From contig JASCQW010000168.1 of assembly GCA_030264375.1 (NCBI GenBank), positions 12,684,197-12,738,379 of the forward strand: a stretch of DNA of 54,183 nt. The letters are read 5' to 3'. Of this stretch, positions 24,976-37,422 are shown piece by piece. The notes under the pieces were generated by a model. That model had not been told where the DNA came from, did no database searches, and saw only the letters and a program-made list of their open reading frames with translations. The translations under genes and the position numbers were made by a program. Within the stretch, counting starts at the first letter, position 1; every line of letters starts with the position of its first letter. The stretch is from Carcharhinus longimanus. Its lineage: Eukaryota.

Positions 24976-27900
24976 NNNNNNNNNNNNNNNNNNNNNNNNN
25001 NNNNNNNNNNNNNNNNNNNNNNNNNNNNNNNNNNNNNNNNNNNNNNNNNNNNNNNNNNNNNNNNNNNNNNNNNNNCTACGCTTGTGCTTACTTTCATCCA
25101 TGCCAACTGCCACTCTGTTCCCTTTCTAGTTGTGTGAATATCAGCTCCCAGCTGCCTCTACACATTGTCAACAATTGTGTTTGCAAAACGCCCAGGTCCT
25201 CTGGACCAGGACTGCAGTGTAAACATGCAAGCGTTTCTTTAAATGTCACCAAGATGTGTGGCTGTATTTGCTGTAAATACATGGAAGAAGCCCCTCTTGA
25301 AACGGATACCAATTGCTGCAAGCTAAAATACAGCTTTGCTTGGGGAACACTTGACTGCTGAGCGTTCAGGGAAAAGGAAAGGCAAAAATGTCATTAGTAC
25401 ATCTCAAGCTTTCTAAATTGTTTGCTTAAATTGTGTCTCTTCCCCACGTGTTTGATATATTAATATGAAATAGTACAACACAAGCACAGACCCCAAGCAA
25501 TTTTTTTGTTCACCTGGCATTCTGACTTCCTTTGCAGAAAAAGCTTACAGCTACAAGCACAATCCAACGTGTTGAGGATCTAAACTTCAATACGAGGACG
25601 CTCTCTGACTTGCCTTTGAAATGCAGCATGTACATTGAGGATGGGCCAGGAAACGTCCAAAGTAATTATTGCGTTTGCCAATTTGTGGGACCAGCTATGT
25701 GATCTTACTGAAATATCAAAATTGTGTTGTAATGAAAGAAAATTATCTGACAAAACCATGGAGTGTGCTAACATTACTGGGGTCCATACTGAAACCAAGC
25801 CAAGTAATGATATAATGGGTTTTAATGAGTATCTAGGGAAGCAATCTAGTACCACAGCGAAAGACAAAGGGCAAAAAGCATCATAGCTGAACTGACACTA
25901 ATTCAAGCTGATTGTCAGAGCAGCTGAAGAATGTAAGAAAGGAAATGTGATCTGTACATTTGACCTCTCTTTGATTCCATCCCCCACTGCTGCCATTTCT
26001 AATTGTCAAATAGTCAACATTTCACATCTGCTCATATTAATTTAATGAAAATCTGAATCTCACCACTCAGTGTCCTTTCTTTCCCCCTTGATTTCACGAA
26101 CTATTTGTAAGCAGGCTCTGAACCAGGCTGCTTTTATTGCGTGCGTGCCTACTGGATTTACAGTCTTCAAGAACTGGAATTATTCCCATGAAAGCAGGAA
26201 AAGTTTGCAGTTCATCAATGAATAGGTGTATACCAAAACAAGCTGCACTGTACAATCAACTAAAATGGAATTGCAAAGTAGTAAAGTTTACAACTAATGT
26301 CAAAATAAAAATGACATAGCATTTTCATCTTAGATATTAATCTTCAACAGATTATAAAGATCTAAGTGTACTAGGTCCACAGTTAGAAACAGTACCTGTT
26401 TAGAGAATTGGGGTTTAAAGTTGAGCATTTCAAGTGAATGGCTTCTGCTTAAAGGGGCAAAATTTGAGGTTGGTAACTACTTAAAGTGCTGATTTGTGCT
26501 TGCATCATCGTTTGAGACTGGTGCTTGCATAGAGTGATGCAATTTGAGACTAATATCTGACATCCCATCATCCAATGAAGGGCTTATTCAAGACTTAATC
26601 ACCTCCCACTTTGATACCTTTAATATCATCTTTGCCAGCCAGCTTGCCATCCTTCAAACTTTCAGCTCATCAATAACTCTGCTGCCCAGTTTCTCACCCA
26701 CAACAATCCCTACTTCTTCACCACTCTTCTCCTCCCTTATTATCCCAACTCCCATATGCTAAAATTTAAAATTCAATCCACCAAGGATCTCACTAGTCAT
26801 GAATGATAAAATCTCCTCAATTCCCTTCCAAACCATGCATTCCTCCCAGTCCAGTTTCCTGTGCATCTCGCCCTCTCCCCCTGTGCTCCAAGGCTGTTGT
26901 TTCAGCCAACTGGCTTCCACTCTCTGGCATTCCCACTTTATACCCCTCTGCTCTTCCATGTCCCTCTTGCCTAAATTAAAGTCCTCTGTTAAAAAAACAC
27001 CTCTTTGATGATGCTTTCGGTCTCCCTTCCCGATATCATCTTCTCAGTTTTCCTCATGCCGCAGTGAATCATCATGGGACATTGTTTTGTATTTACGGTG
27101 CTATATAAATGTAAGCTGAAATCAGCAGATGTTTTGAGGAATGGGCTTGGGGGATTTCTATGTTCTTAGTGATGCAGAGTTTGCTGACCTGAAATATACT
27201 GCCAACTCCCTCATCATCCTTCAGTAAATGCTGCACACATTGGTGCAGAGCTCTATTCAGCGGTTTCCAAGCTTTGGCTAAATTTTAATATTTGTGAACA
27301 GTCTAAGATTAAAAATGCTAAAACCTAAGAGGCCTAAGTATGTTTTCAACTTAATGGCCACCAGTTTCCATTATGGCGAAACCAATATAAGGTCAAAAGG
27401 AAAAAAGTGATACAAGTTGATCTCACATCACTTATATAAATTAAGTTTTGGCAACTGACAGCAAGTTATTCTGCACATCTTTGCATTGTTTCCCAGCATC
27501 AATGCAAAAAAAATACAGGTATAACTTATGTTCTATTCAGACTACATTTGGAAGCTGCTCTGCATGTTTCAGAGATGGCTTACTCCAGCTCCAAGTGAGG
27601 TTAACTGTCAATAACAGTTTAAAAGTTGGGCGCAACTCAATGCCTTTGCAGTCTGTCTTTTATGAACAGCTAGATTAAGATCTCTGGCAACTTTTTTGCC
27701 CCAAGTAAAACACTATGGTGTCAGGCTGGTCATTCAATCTAAATGTTACCTCCCAGTGTAAACAGAATAGTACGTTGTGAAATAAGCTGACAGAATTACT
27801 GCTTCTCAAAGGGGCCCTGCTATCCAGCAGCAGAGCAGGCTCAAATATTTCAATTCCCAATTTTTGCATATTTGCCAAAGTAGTGTAAAACTAATTAAAC

Positions 27901-28025
27901 TTCTAGGCTAGGGGATCCAATGCTGGTCTGAAAACTGCAGGATCCCTAGCCTGGCATCCAAATACCAATTTTACAGATCATTTTACATTCATTTGGCCCA
28001 CTCATTGCTAATTTATGGACACACA

Positions 28026-28143
28026 GGCCAGAATTTTACTGCCTCAGGATCGGGGCAGGCGAAGCTCGTAAAACGGAACTCTCTGTTGGGCCCAGGGCGG
28101 GATTTTACAAGCCTCGCCCGAGCGAGTTCGCAAAATACCAGCT
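28026..28143. mobile_element. Small GC-rich MITE-like remnant
   Basis: Two tandem units of g..attttac...g(t/c)aaaa..c inverted motifs; CpG-rich relative to the flanks. Confidence 0.4.
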
Positions 28144-28897
28144 ACAGTGTCAGTGTTTGTCAATCGCTTTAAAGGGTTTTAACATCCACCACCATTCCCA
28201 AATGATCCTTACAACATTTCTGATGTTTAGACAGTCATAGAGTTTAGTGGTTTAATTCCAGAGTAATGATAATGTTGGAAGTGGTTCCATATTTACCAAC
28301 ATGTCACTAATCTGGGGGTTAAGTTTCACTATTGGTTGTCCCACCAATAAGAAACTGGAATGATATTGAATGTTGCAGCTCTTGGCACCAAGCACATAAG
28401 AATGGGATGTTCAAGTTTGTCATACCAGGACGTATTGGCAATGCTCTGGGCTCACATAACCATGGGCATTGAGTACTTTTGACAGAAAGAGATAATGAAA
28501 GAACATTTATAAAATTAAAACACAGCAATAATTAGAAATAAATCAGCTTAATTCAAGAGGATATTTCCCCCCAACCCATCTCCCATTTTAGTCGTGTACT
28601 TTAACTTTAATGAAGTCACTTCTCCATTGTTTATCCAGAATGACATTTAACGACATGGAATAACTTCAATACCACACCGTACCAAGAACATCCACATCAA
28701 AGCGGTACTGTGGGTCCCCCATGCTAATCCACAGACCCAAGTTCTAGCAAAGCACACATAGCCAACTTTGTCACTAGGAAGCTCAATGAACGCAGCAGCA
28801 GTGGCAACTAAAATACAACTTACTGGACCACAGAATACAACACAGAAGGGACGACCCCACATAGGACGGACATGGAACAGCATGATGTTAAACTTAC

Positions 28898-29071
28898 AGG
28901 CACGTAAACTGGTGGAGCAATCATTAACAGAGACAGAAGAAAGTGGGAAGGTTCTCTCAAGGGTGTCCAAGTTACTATGTACACTGTCTGACATGCAAGT
29001 GCAGTCACGCTCACAGCGTCCGCAATCAAAACAACATGCGAGTTTCATTCTCTTGTAGATGGACATCTTGG
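28898..29071 (-). CDS. KCNMA1: KCNMA1 STREX exon: (P)KMSIYKRMKLACCFDCGRCERDCTCMSDSVHSNLDTLERTFPLSSVSVNDCSTSLRA(F)
   Basis: attatag|CCAAGATG...CGTGCCT|gtaagt. 174 nt (58 codons), phase 1/1. Clear match to the stress-axis regulated exon. Confidence 0.97.
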
Positions 29072-29123
29072 CTATAATCATGTTTTCGATGGAAGGAGAG
29101 GAAGAGGAGCAGGTTAATGGCAA
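29072..29123 (-). promoter_or_regulatory. STREX 3' splice site region (branch point, pyrimidine tract, CaRRE1-equivalent position)
   Basis: ttgccattaacctgctcctcttcctctccttccatcgaaaacatgattatag resembles the mammalian STREX 3' splice site, which as I recall ends in ...CCACATGGTTATAG. Confidence 0.6.
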
Positions 29124-32100
29124 GGTTACTCAGTCTGGCAGTTGGAAGGAATTAACAAGGGATCTAATACAGGCCTTAGTAACATAAGCAGGCTTGACAA
29201 GAAGAAGAGCTAAGACTATTTCATGAAAGTAGCGACAAGAAAATCATCTTTAAAAAGTTCAAAAGAAAGAGCTCAGAAGGTAACTTTGAATATACAATTC
29301 ACATTCTTAGATATTTCAAGTTCATGCCGCACGGGATACTATTCCACAGGAACACAAGAAGTTGCTGAAAATTTCAATTGCAGACCTGCACATCATATCC
29401 CTTTTAAAACAATTTAGCCAAAGCAGGCAATTGACAGAAACAGAATTGTATTTTAATGATTGTTCTTTTCGCCACTCTCCCTTGTTTTTGCACAAGCATG
29501 TGCTGGCAAGAATTTGGTATAATTAGCATTTTCCTCATAATTACTACTGTGCTAATGAGCATGTCAAAATTAAGGTGGCACATAAAATACAGGTCCAATT
29601 CTTTCAAGCACACATGATGCCGAAATGGTTATTGTGCTAATTGATTCACTTGTTCAATGAAATTTGTAATATAAATAATATAAAACCATATTATTTGATA
29701 ATAAACCTAATGTACTGGTAATGAGGAATAATTTAAGTTACTCATATCAAGTAAAACAAAATCAGCCTTGGATGAACAAGCCATTATGCCACGTGAAGGA
29801 CATATTTAAAGCTCTCGACTGAGTCAAGCACTGACCTAAGGCCATTTATATCAAAATTACTGGCCAAGCAAGGGTCACGCTATGATCGAGGAAAAAAAGG
29901 CACTGGAGGGTGATGAATGAGAGGCATCTTCAGTAGCATCCCCATTTCTCTGCAATCTTTTCAGCGGTTAGTTGCAAAACATTAATTTTCAGCAGGTTTT
30001 TTTTTTAGGTTATCCGCTAGCTGAGAAAAGAATGATCATATCATGCAGCACTAAGCCTGTTCAATGCACGCAACAAGACTAGTCGGTTAGCACTGGTATT
30101 TCAATGAAGAAAGTAGCATCAAAGCCTCATAAATGCTGGTGATGCTGGGCAGCATCGGCCTCTTGTCTTCCTTTGAATGATGCCAATCTTTTCAGCGTGA
30201 CATTAATTGAGTCTGACAAGTCTTTAAAAGGAATGGAATCTAGAGGGAGATGAACCGTTTTTTGATCTTGTTTCTTGAAATGAAACCAAATACTTCAGCC
30301 AAATTATTCTCCCCAATCAACGGGGGAATTGTGTAGACGACTTGCGGGTGCCCATTTTTTTTTAAAAAAAAGGAAGACTCGAGGAACTATTTTTGAGTCC
30401 ATGCAGAACTATCAAAATAACAGCATGCTGGTAAAAAATAACAGGCTTCAACCTTGGCGATAATAAATAAAGTAACAACAAAAATTCAATAAGGGTTATT
30501 AAGATTGAAGCATTCATAAACATTAACAGTATAGCTTGTGTCTCAAACAAATCCATGCTGTAATAAATACATTGCATTCATTGTGGAAATAAAACACAAA
30601 CAGTAATAGCACTTTCAGACAATGACATGTTGGGAAATGTTAGTTGTTGATGAGATGCATGTAATTCTACACACGAAGGACGTGTCCACTAACTCGACAC
30701 ACAAACTGCTATATGGAATCCTTGCAAAAACATGTTTATACTGCCATTTGTATTGAAAAGGTGATGTTTTTTGGAAAAATCAGCATCAAGGAGGACCTGA
30801 GATACCCGCGCGCTGTTGGAGACCAGAAGAGGAGGAATGAGAAGGTCTCTGAGGACATCTAGTGGATGGACATCACAGAGCACCATGCTCAGCAAAATGT
30901 GGAAGCTGTCAGGATCCAGTCACGGGTAGTGAGTAAAAAAGGGCCCAACTACCAAGAAGAATTGAAATGGCGACAAATTCATTTCAATTCAATAGCTAAT
31001 GATGATTATTTGCATAAAAAGAAAAAGAATGGAATGAAGAGTTGTGGGAATAAGATGATTATTTTGATTGGTGATGAATAAACTTTTTCTCCTCATTATA
31101 GTTCCTCAATTTGTAGGACTTCCCATAGAAGATGGTTTCTTCAGTGAAAATACAGCAGCAATATTAAATTGGAGATTAAGAGTACTCTCAAAAAGGTGAA
31201 AGTGCCCAAATTATCTCTAAAGTTTCAATAATAAAAAGCAAAGGACTTAGTTCACTGCCTCTGTTTTTCTGAATGGAGCAGAGTGTCAGGGCCAGAGCTG
31301 TACTTTTGTCAAAGAAAGATTTGAAAATGTTTGGTTTTGTTTGCTAACTTGTAGATGGGCATTGGATTGGGCGGTTTGATCAAGATTATTGGTGAAGAAT
31401 CAGTGAGATTTATCTCATCTGTCTGCCTATCCTGGATTTGAACATTCCTCCAAAAAAACTGAGAAATCAAATGTAGAAATAACACATTCCTTCTGGCAAA
31501 TCTCAGCCTTTTAAAAAATATTCTAGGCAGAAACGTTCCTACTTTCTCTCCTGAATGCTTTCTTCTATGCAAGGATAATTTTCACAGGTACGGTGGCCCT
31601 CACTAATGAGTATAGACAAACTATTCAACCACACGGGCAAGTCTCATATGATGGCCATGCATACACACTTTCAATCATTTGGTCAAGGATTTACAGCTAG
31701 GAGCAGGAACCTAGACCATAGCTTTCCCTCCACCTGATAATGGGGGTATTGGCATTGACTGTAACATTCTAACTACTGTCATGGTGAGATCAACTAACTA
31801 GAAGACCAAATCTGGAACCTCTTTGCCCCCACCTTTTAAGGCAGAGTCTTCACCCAGTGCCACGCGATGGGAATTCCTGATCATTTTGGACTTGACAGCC
31901 CTGACACCAATGACATACACGCCATCCTCAGACTTATGGTCTGACTAAAGTCTCCAGAGGAACAGGGCAGTTGCTTCTGCCCCACATTTGAGGTCACTTG
32001 TACAGTTCCACTTCTTCGTGTTGCTTAAAGAGAGTTACAATGGCATTCTGGTAACAAAAATGGCAACATGGGTGATAAAAATGGCAGCAGTGGCCGCCAG

Positions 32101-32475
32101 CCTCTTTTGCTCCTCAAGTCAACAAAGTAAGTTGGAAATCTTGCAAGGAGGTTTTGGAATGAATGCAATATTCATTTTATCTTTCTGCATTCTGCTATAT
32201 CCAACCAACAACAGGGACACTTGGCTATAGCTGACTTGAGCTGTGAAGCTGAATTCCACTCACTTCCTTTCCTTTAACTGAATCACAATTTTATTTCTGC
32301 TGGTATCTTGCCGCTGGGCTGCTGTATTTTCTACAGATTCAAAGTGATCTGTGGGCAGTGCTGAAGATGATGTGTACGTATGATGTAACTGCTACACATG
32401 CAACATAAAAATCTCTTGCTTAAGGTAGACAAGTTGGATCGCACTCTGGGCAACAGGGAACCCGTTTTTACTCAC

Positions 32476-32484
32476 AATAGATCA
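32476..32484 (-). CDS. KCNMA1: KCNMA1 9-nt microexon giving L-I-Y-F, or L-I-Y-S before STREX
   Basis: actgcacactggtag|TGATCTATT|gtgagt. Phase 1/1, reproduces the known IYF insert. TGC lies upstream and TGCATG downstream (32397-32402). Confidence 0.9.
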
Positions 32485-34623
32485 CTACCAGTGTGCAGTT
32501 AAATTATAGAGTTTCATGTTCCAGGGCAGCAGGGAGAAAAATAAATTAAAAATACATCAATCATCAAAAGGTACTTGCAATCATTTCATACATGGAATCT
32601 CATGTGCCTGAATTCCACGGAAAAAGGTTTATATGTAACTGTGTTTTGTGTTTTCTCTTTTCCCCATTACATGTTCTACAACAGTGAGACAAACCTAGAA
32701 GGGGTGAATGCTTAAGAAATAAGNNNNNNNNNNATAAGTTCATACACACAGAAGAAATACCAGACTTTAGCATTTTTTCTAAAAAAAAATCATCTCATAC
32801 AACTCTTCAAAAAAAAACTGGAATTACTATTGCACTTCCTCCCATCCCACCCACAGAAAGGAAATTTTCTTTGCAAATTCTGGACTGTTCCTTGAATAAT
32901 TTAGATTACAATGAAAAAATAATGATACTTTTAAGCGGAATTTTTGTTTTGCTTTCAAGCAGCTAGGGTTTTCTTTTTAAAAAAAGATAAAGCTACTCAC
33001 TTTAATTATTCTTGACCTCTGTGGAGGCACCAAGTTTTTTTTTGTTTAAATTATTAATAATGGGCCTAAAAGGTTTGGACAAGTGGCTAAGTAGGTCAGG
33101 TATATGTTAACAATGTGACATGACTAATGCCAATATAATGATAAATCTGCTGGNNNNNNNNNNNNNNNNNNNNNNNNNNNNNNNNNNNNNNNNNNNNNNN
33201 NNNNNNNNNNNNNNNNNNNNNNNNNNNNNNNNNNNNNNNNNNNNNNNNNNNNNGAATTCCATTCTAAATGTGACAGCAACTACTAAGATGTGTGCCCTTA
33301 TCAAAAAAAAACCTCTGCATTTCTGGTACTGTACTCAAGTATTGCATATTGCATGCTCCACCATTATGGGCTGTGAAATACAATGCATTTGGCAAGGATT
33401 TGTCTTTGTTTTTCCAGCTGACTTGGAGCATTACCTCTAGAGTTTTCAAACAGCGGCAGTTTAGTTCTGACAAGCTCTTTCTTCAGCCTCACTAATCATG
33501 TCATTTTATTTATACATCTGTTCTACATCACATCATTAATAGACTAAAATTTGGACTCCTCATTTTAGGCACACCGTTATTCTCCAAGTATATTTTTTAA
33601 TTTTTTGCGTACAGCTTAATCACATTAATGCTAATTATTTTTCGCTCCCCAATCTGCAGCATTCATTAATTTTCCCAGATTTCCCATTATGTATTAATGG
33701 CATAATGTTAATCTAAACCTGCCTTCCTTTCAGGTAATTAAACTTCCTTTCATATAGCCTAAAAAATGTTGCTCTCCATTTAATTTCTCTTGCCTTAGTT
33801 ATTTGACTAGGTTAACGAGTGGATGAAGGACATTGCTGGTGTAGACACACTGCCATGTGCCGGTGACCAACAGGGGCCAGGCACTACGCCACTGAGTAAG
33901 TAGGAAGATAAGTCAAAGAGAGATATCCCACAGCCACTCTTCATCCTATTTTGTTGGCCAAGTTCAGAGTAGCATTGGAGCAGGTTATTGGTCCATCCTA
34001 TCGGCAGGTGGCATGGAGATAAACCTTAAAAATTAAAGTGGAACCCAAGTTCTTCCCATTCTGATGCACATTACAAGTAAAAAAATTCCTTATGTTTTTC
34101 CTTAAAATGATAATTTCACTGTTTGCGGGAATCTGAAAAGCACATAGCTTTTAGGACATTAAGCGTTGACTTAGAATGTTGTTTAAAGAGTTCAATTTTC
34201 ACACACACTAACCTTTGTCCACATCCTATGTAAAGGCTTTATATTCTGTAACAAACTTTATTGCTGCAGAACCAAACTCTGCCAAATAGGAACTATAATT
34301 AATGGTGGAGTTGCAATAAAACATGCACTTGTATATGTGAAAACTGTTTAAAATAAGTGTGTTGGATAGCAGGAATTTATAGTTTGTTGTTTAGATACAG
34401 TGTTCATTGGGTGAGTAAATGGAAGTTTAACGACTATACTGCACTCCATCTCTGATCATCATGGACAAGCTATTAACAGAAATCATTGATGTCCGGCAAG
34501 CCCTCCACTAATTCACTGTTGGTGCAAAAACCTTAATATTTTATTGCATTCAAGGTGTACATTGGTTGCAAATTATCACTAGTAACAAGGTACTGATGGA
34601 AAAATGATGAAATTATTACTTAC

Positions 34624-34822
34624 GTCGTTTTCAGCCACATTTCTTAATCCTTTTAGTATCCGTGATGTCANNNNNNNNNNNNNNNNNNNNNNNNNNNNNN
34701 NNNNNNNNNNNNNNNNNNNNNNNNNNNNNNNNNNNNNNNNNNNNNNNNNNNNNNNNNNNNNNNNNNNNNNCCTTTTCGTATCCGTGATGTCATCGTGACA
34801 AGCTTTGCAGTAGAAAAATGCC
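34624..34822 (-). CDS. KCNMA1: KCNMA1 exon with heme-binding CKACH motif: (R)[22 protein letters not shown][C/*]KR; true length about 77 nt, split by a false gap
   Basis: gcttcag|GGCATTT...AAACGAC|gtaagt. The gap flanks overlap by 22 nt (34649-34670 vs 34771-34792, one mismatch). TGA at 34631-34633 replaces a conserved Cys. Confidence 0.93.
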
Positions 34823-35463
34823 CTGAAGCAATAAAGAGTCAAGAATGACCATTTAACAGAGTTTACCATGCCACATTATCCACTAAACACCAACCGTGCC
34901 TTATTCTGATGGAGAAAGGCAGTCTAATGTCTTAAACAGCCAATCTTTACACAACACGTGTAAATTTGGAGTGACGGAAAGCCAGAATTTAAGTTCCAAA
35001 TTCCTGAGTAAGGTCGGGGATGATTGTTCAGGGTAGTGAGGCAACATTTTGTTCCAACTGAAATGAAAATATATTCAAGAATACATAAAAACATAAAAGG
35101 CCAGTTGCCTCATCAATCCCACTCCTTTCACAACCATGCACATATTCTGCTATTGTGTACTCTACCCAACATATTTAATCTCCTAAGGGAAAGTTGTGTG
35201 AAATTTCTCCCTGTCTCCCTAAGATAATTGACTGAAACTCCAGAATATCAATCTATCCTAACAAGGCCCATTATTCAATCCTGACCAGCTGCCTCCAACC
35301 AATGACGTTTCCATGGCGTCGGTGTCACAAGAACCATTGTGCTTCCGAAAGCCATTGATCATCTCTGTCTGCACATATCATTATAATCTTCAGTTCTACC
35401 TTTAACCAGATATGTAGCTGCTCCTCTTAAAGGAGTTAATCAGCACAGGCTGAACTGCTTTTG

Positions 35464-35725
35464 CTAAGAGTCTGTTCCAATATCCACACTACTCTGTGGG
35501 GGAAAGAACATTCTAATCTCCAGTCCTGCCTCAGGCTTGTTAATTCTGTTCTCATTTCCTGTAGTTCTGCTCTTACCATCCAAGTTAAATAACCTGCTTA
35601 CATCCATATTATCCATGGCTATCAGCATTTTAAAGATCTGGATCCTTTCCTGAACTAACTTCTCCAATGACAAATTCAGTTTGGAGAGTCTCTTTTCATT
35701 AATCACAGCCCTAAGGCGTTCGTAT
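35464..35725 (-). mobile_element. Degenerate CR1 ORF2 fragment
   Basis: YERL..RLSKLNLSLEK..IQIFKML..MDNMDVSRLF resembles the CR1 YEERL..LFSLE..IEVFKI..DRVD..LF segment. Confidence 0.6.
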
Positions 35726-35788
35726 CCCTCTTTTAACATGTTTTTGTTGGTGGAATCTTTCTGCTTATCAGTATCCGGATACTAAATA

Positions 35789-36303
35789 AAGTTTAAAGTT
35801 TATTTATTAATCACAAGTAAGGCTTACATTAATATTACAATGAAGTCACTGTGAAATTCCCCTAGTTAGAACATAGAACATAGAAAAACTATAGCACAAA
35901 CAGGCCCTTTGGCATATCCCTACCTACTAGGCTTACCTATAACCCTCAATCCTATTAAGTCCCATGTACTCATCCAGAAGTCTCTTAAANNNNNNNNNNN
36001 NNNNNNNNNNNNNNNNNNNNNNNNNNNNNNNNNNNNNNNNNNNNNNNNNNNNNNNNNNNNNNNNNNNNNNNNNNATTGAAAAACTTACCCCGACATCTCC
36101 TCTGTACCTACTCTGGCCCCTGTCTGGGTCAATGCACCTAACCAGCATGACCTTCAGACTGTGGGAGGAAATTGGAGCACCCGGAGGAAACCCACACAGA
36201 CACAGGGAGAATGTGCAGACTCCTCACAGACAGTGGCCCAAGCCAGGAATCGAACCTGGGTCCCTGGTGCTGTGAGGTGGCAGTGCTAACCACAATGCCA
36301 TCG
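35789..36303 (-). mobile_element. HE1-related SINE (type-2 tail) interrupted by a CR1/HER1 3' fragment (about 35869-36110)
   Basis: SINE head and body at 36120-36303, tail at 35789-35868. Between them lie a tagaacatagaacatag LINE tail and FKRLLDEYM coding remnant. Confidence 0.75.
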
Positions 36304-36399
36304 TAAATGCTGGGAATAGAAATGGGGTTTTTGCCTGGTGCCCAATGTCAGTATCATACAAACTCAACTGTGGATACAGAATGAAGCTTTCTTTCCTCA

Positions 36400-36800
36400 A
36401 CTAACAAACTGCATTTAACTAGCACCTTTAACATGTAGTAAAACATTCAAAGGCACGTCACTGGACAGTTATCAAGCAAAACTTGACACCGAGCCATATA
36501 AGGAGGTATTTGAACAGATAATCCAAAGTTGCGCAGAGTGGTATGGTTTAAGGAATGCTTGAAGAAGGAAAGTGAGGTTGGAGGGGCAGATGAGCTTAAG
36601 AAGAGAATTCTAGCATTTAGGATCTGGGCAGTTGAAAGCCTAGCCACCAATAATGGTGCAATTAAAGGATGTGCAAGACAGCAGAAGCGGAAGAGTGCAC
36701 AGATCTCAATGTATGTAGTATATACAAAGTATGTAATATATAGAAGTACGTAGAGATAGGGAGAGGCAAGACCATGAAGGAATTTGAAAATTAAAATCAT
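36400..36800 (-). mobile_element. L2-like LINE 3' fragment
   Basis: Minus strand reads ILIFKFLHGLASPYL (L2 ORF2 C-terminus) and ends in aaaggtgcta..aaatgcag; a similar tail is at 27095-27115 on the plus strand. Confidence 0.6.
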
Positions 36801-37105
36801 TCACACAAGCTAGAACTAATTGGCAGGAATAAGTTCAGTTCAGTAAATCTAGGAGATAGCCTTTAGGGAGAAATTCTGGCTGCTGTAATAGTGACTGTGA
36901 TTTGGACTGAGGAATATGAAAGATATGTTCTGCTTTTAGAAACATAGGTGTCAGTTGTGTTTTTTCTGTAGGGATTTATTTTAAGAAGTAATTGCTCCAG
37001 TTTTTCACTGGATGAGTTTTGGATTTCGTTGAGCTCACTAGCAGAAATCTGGTCAATCAGGATTTGCCTTCAGTAATACTCATTTGAACCTCTCATGTAG
37101 CTACT

Positions 37106-37422
37106 GAATCCTTACAGTGCAGGAGGAGGCCACTTGGCCCATTGAGTCTGTACTGACTCTCTGTCAGAGCATCCCACCCAGGCATATTCCTGTAATCCCA
37201 AGAATTCACCTTGCTAATCCCCCTAACCCACATATCTTGGGAGACTAAAGAGCAATTTAGTATGGGAAATCAACCTAACTTGCACATCTTCGGACTGTGG
37301 GAGGAAACCGAAGCATCTGGAGGAAACCCATGCAGACATGGGGAGAATGTGCAAACTCCACACAGTTACCCACTGCAGGTCTCTGGTGCTGTGATGCAGC
37401 AGTGCTAGCCACTGTGCCACCC
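37106..37422 (-). mobile_element. HE1-like SINE
   Basis: tRNA-like head and ggactgtgggaggaaaccg core, similar to the 44258 copy, with a deletion near the B box. Confidence 0.85.
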
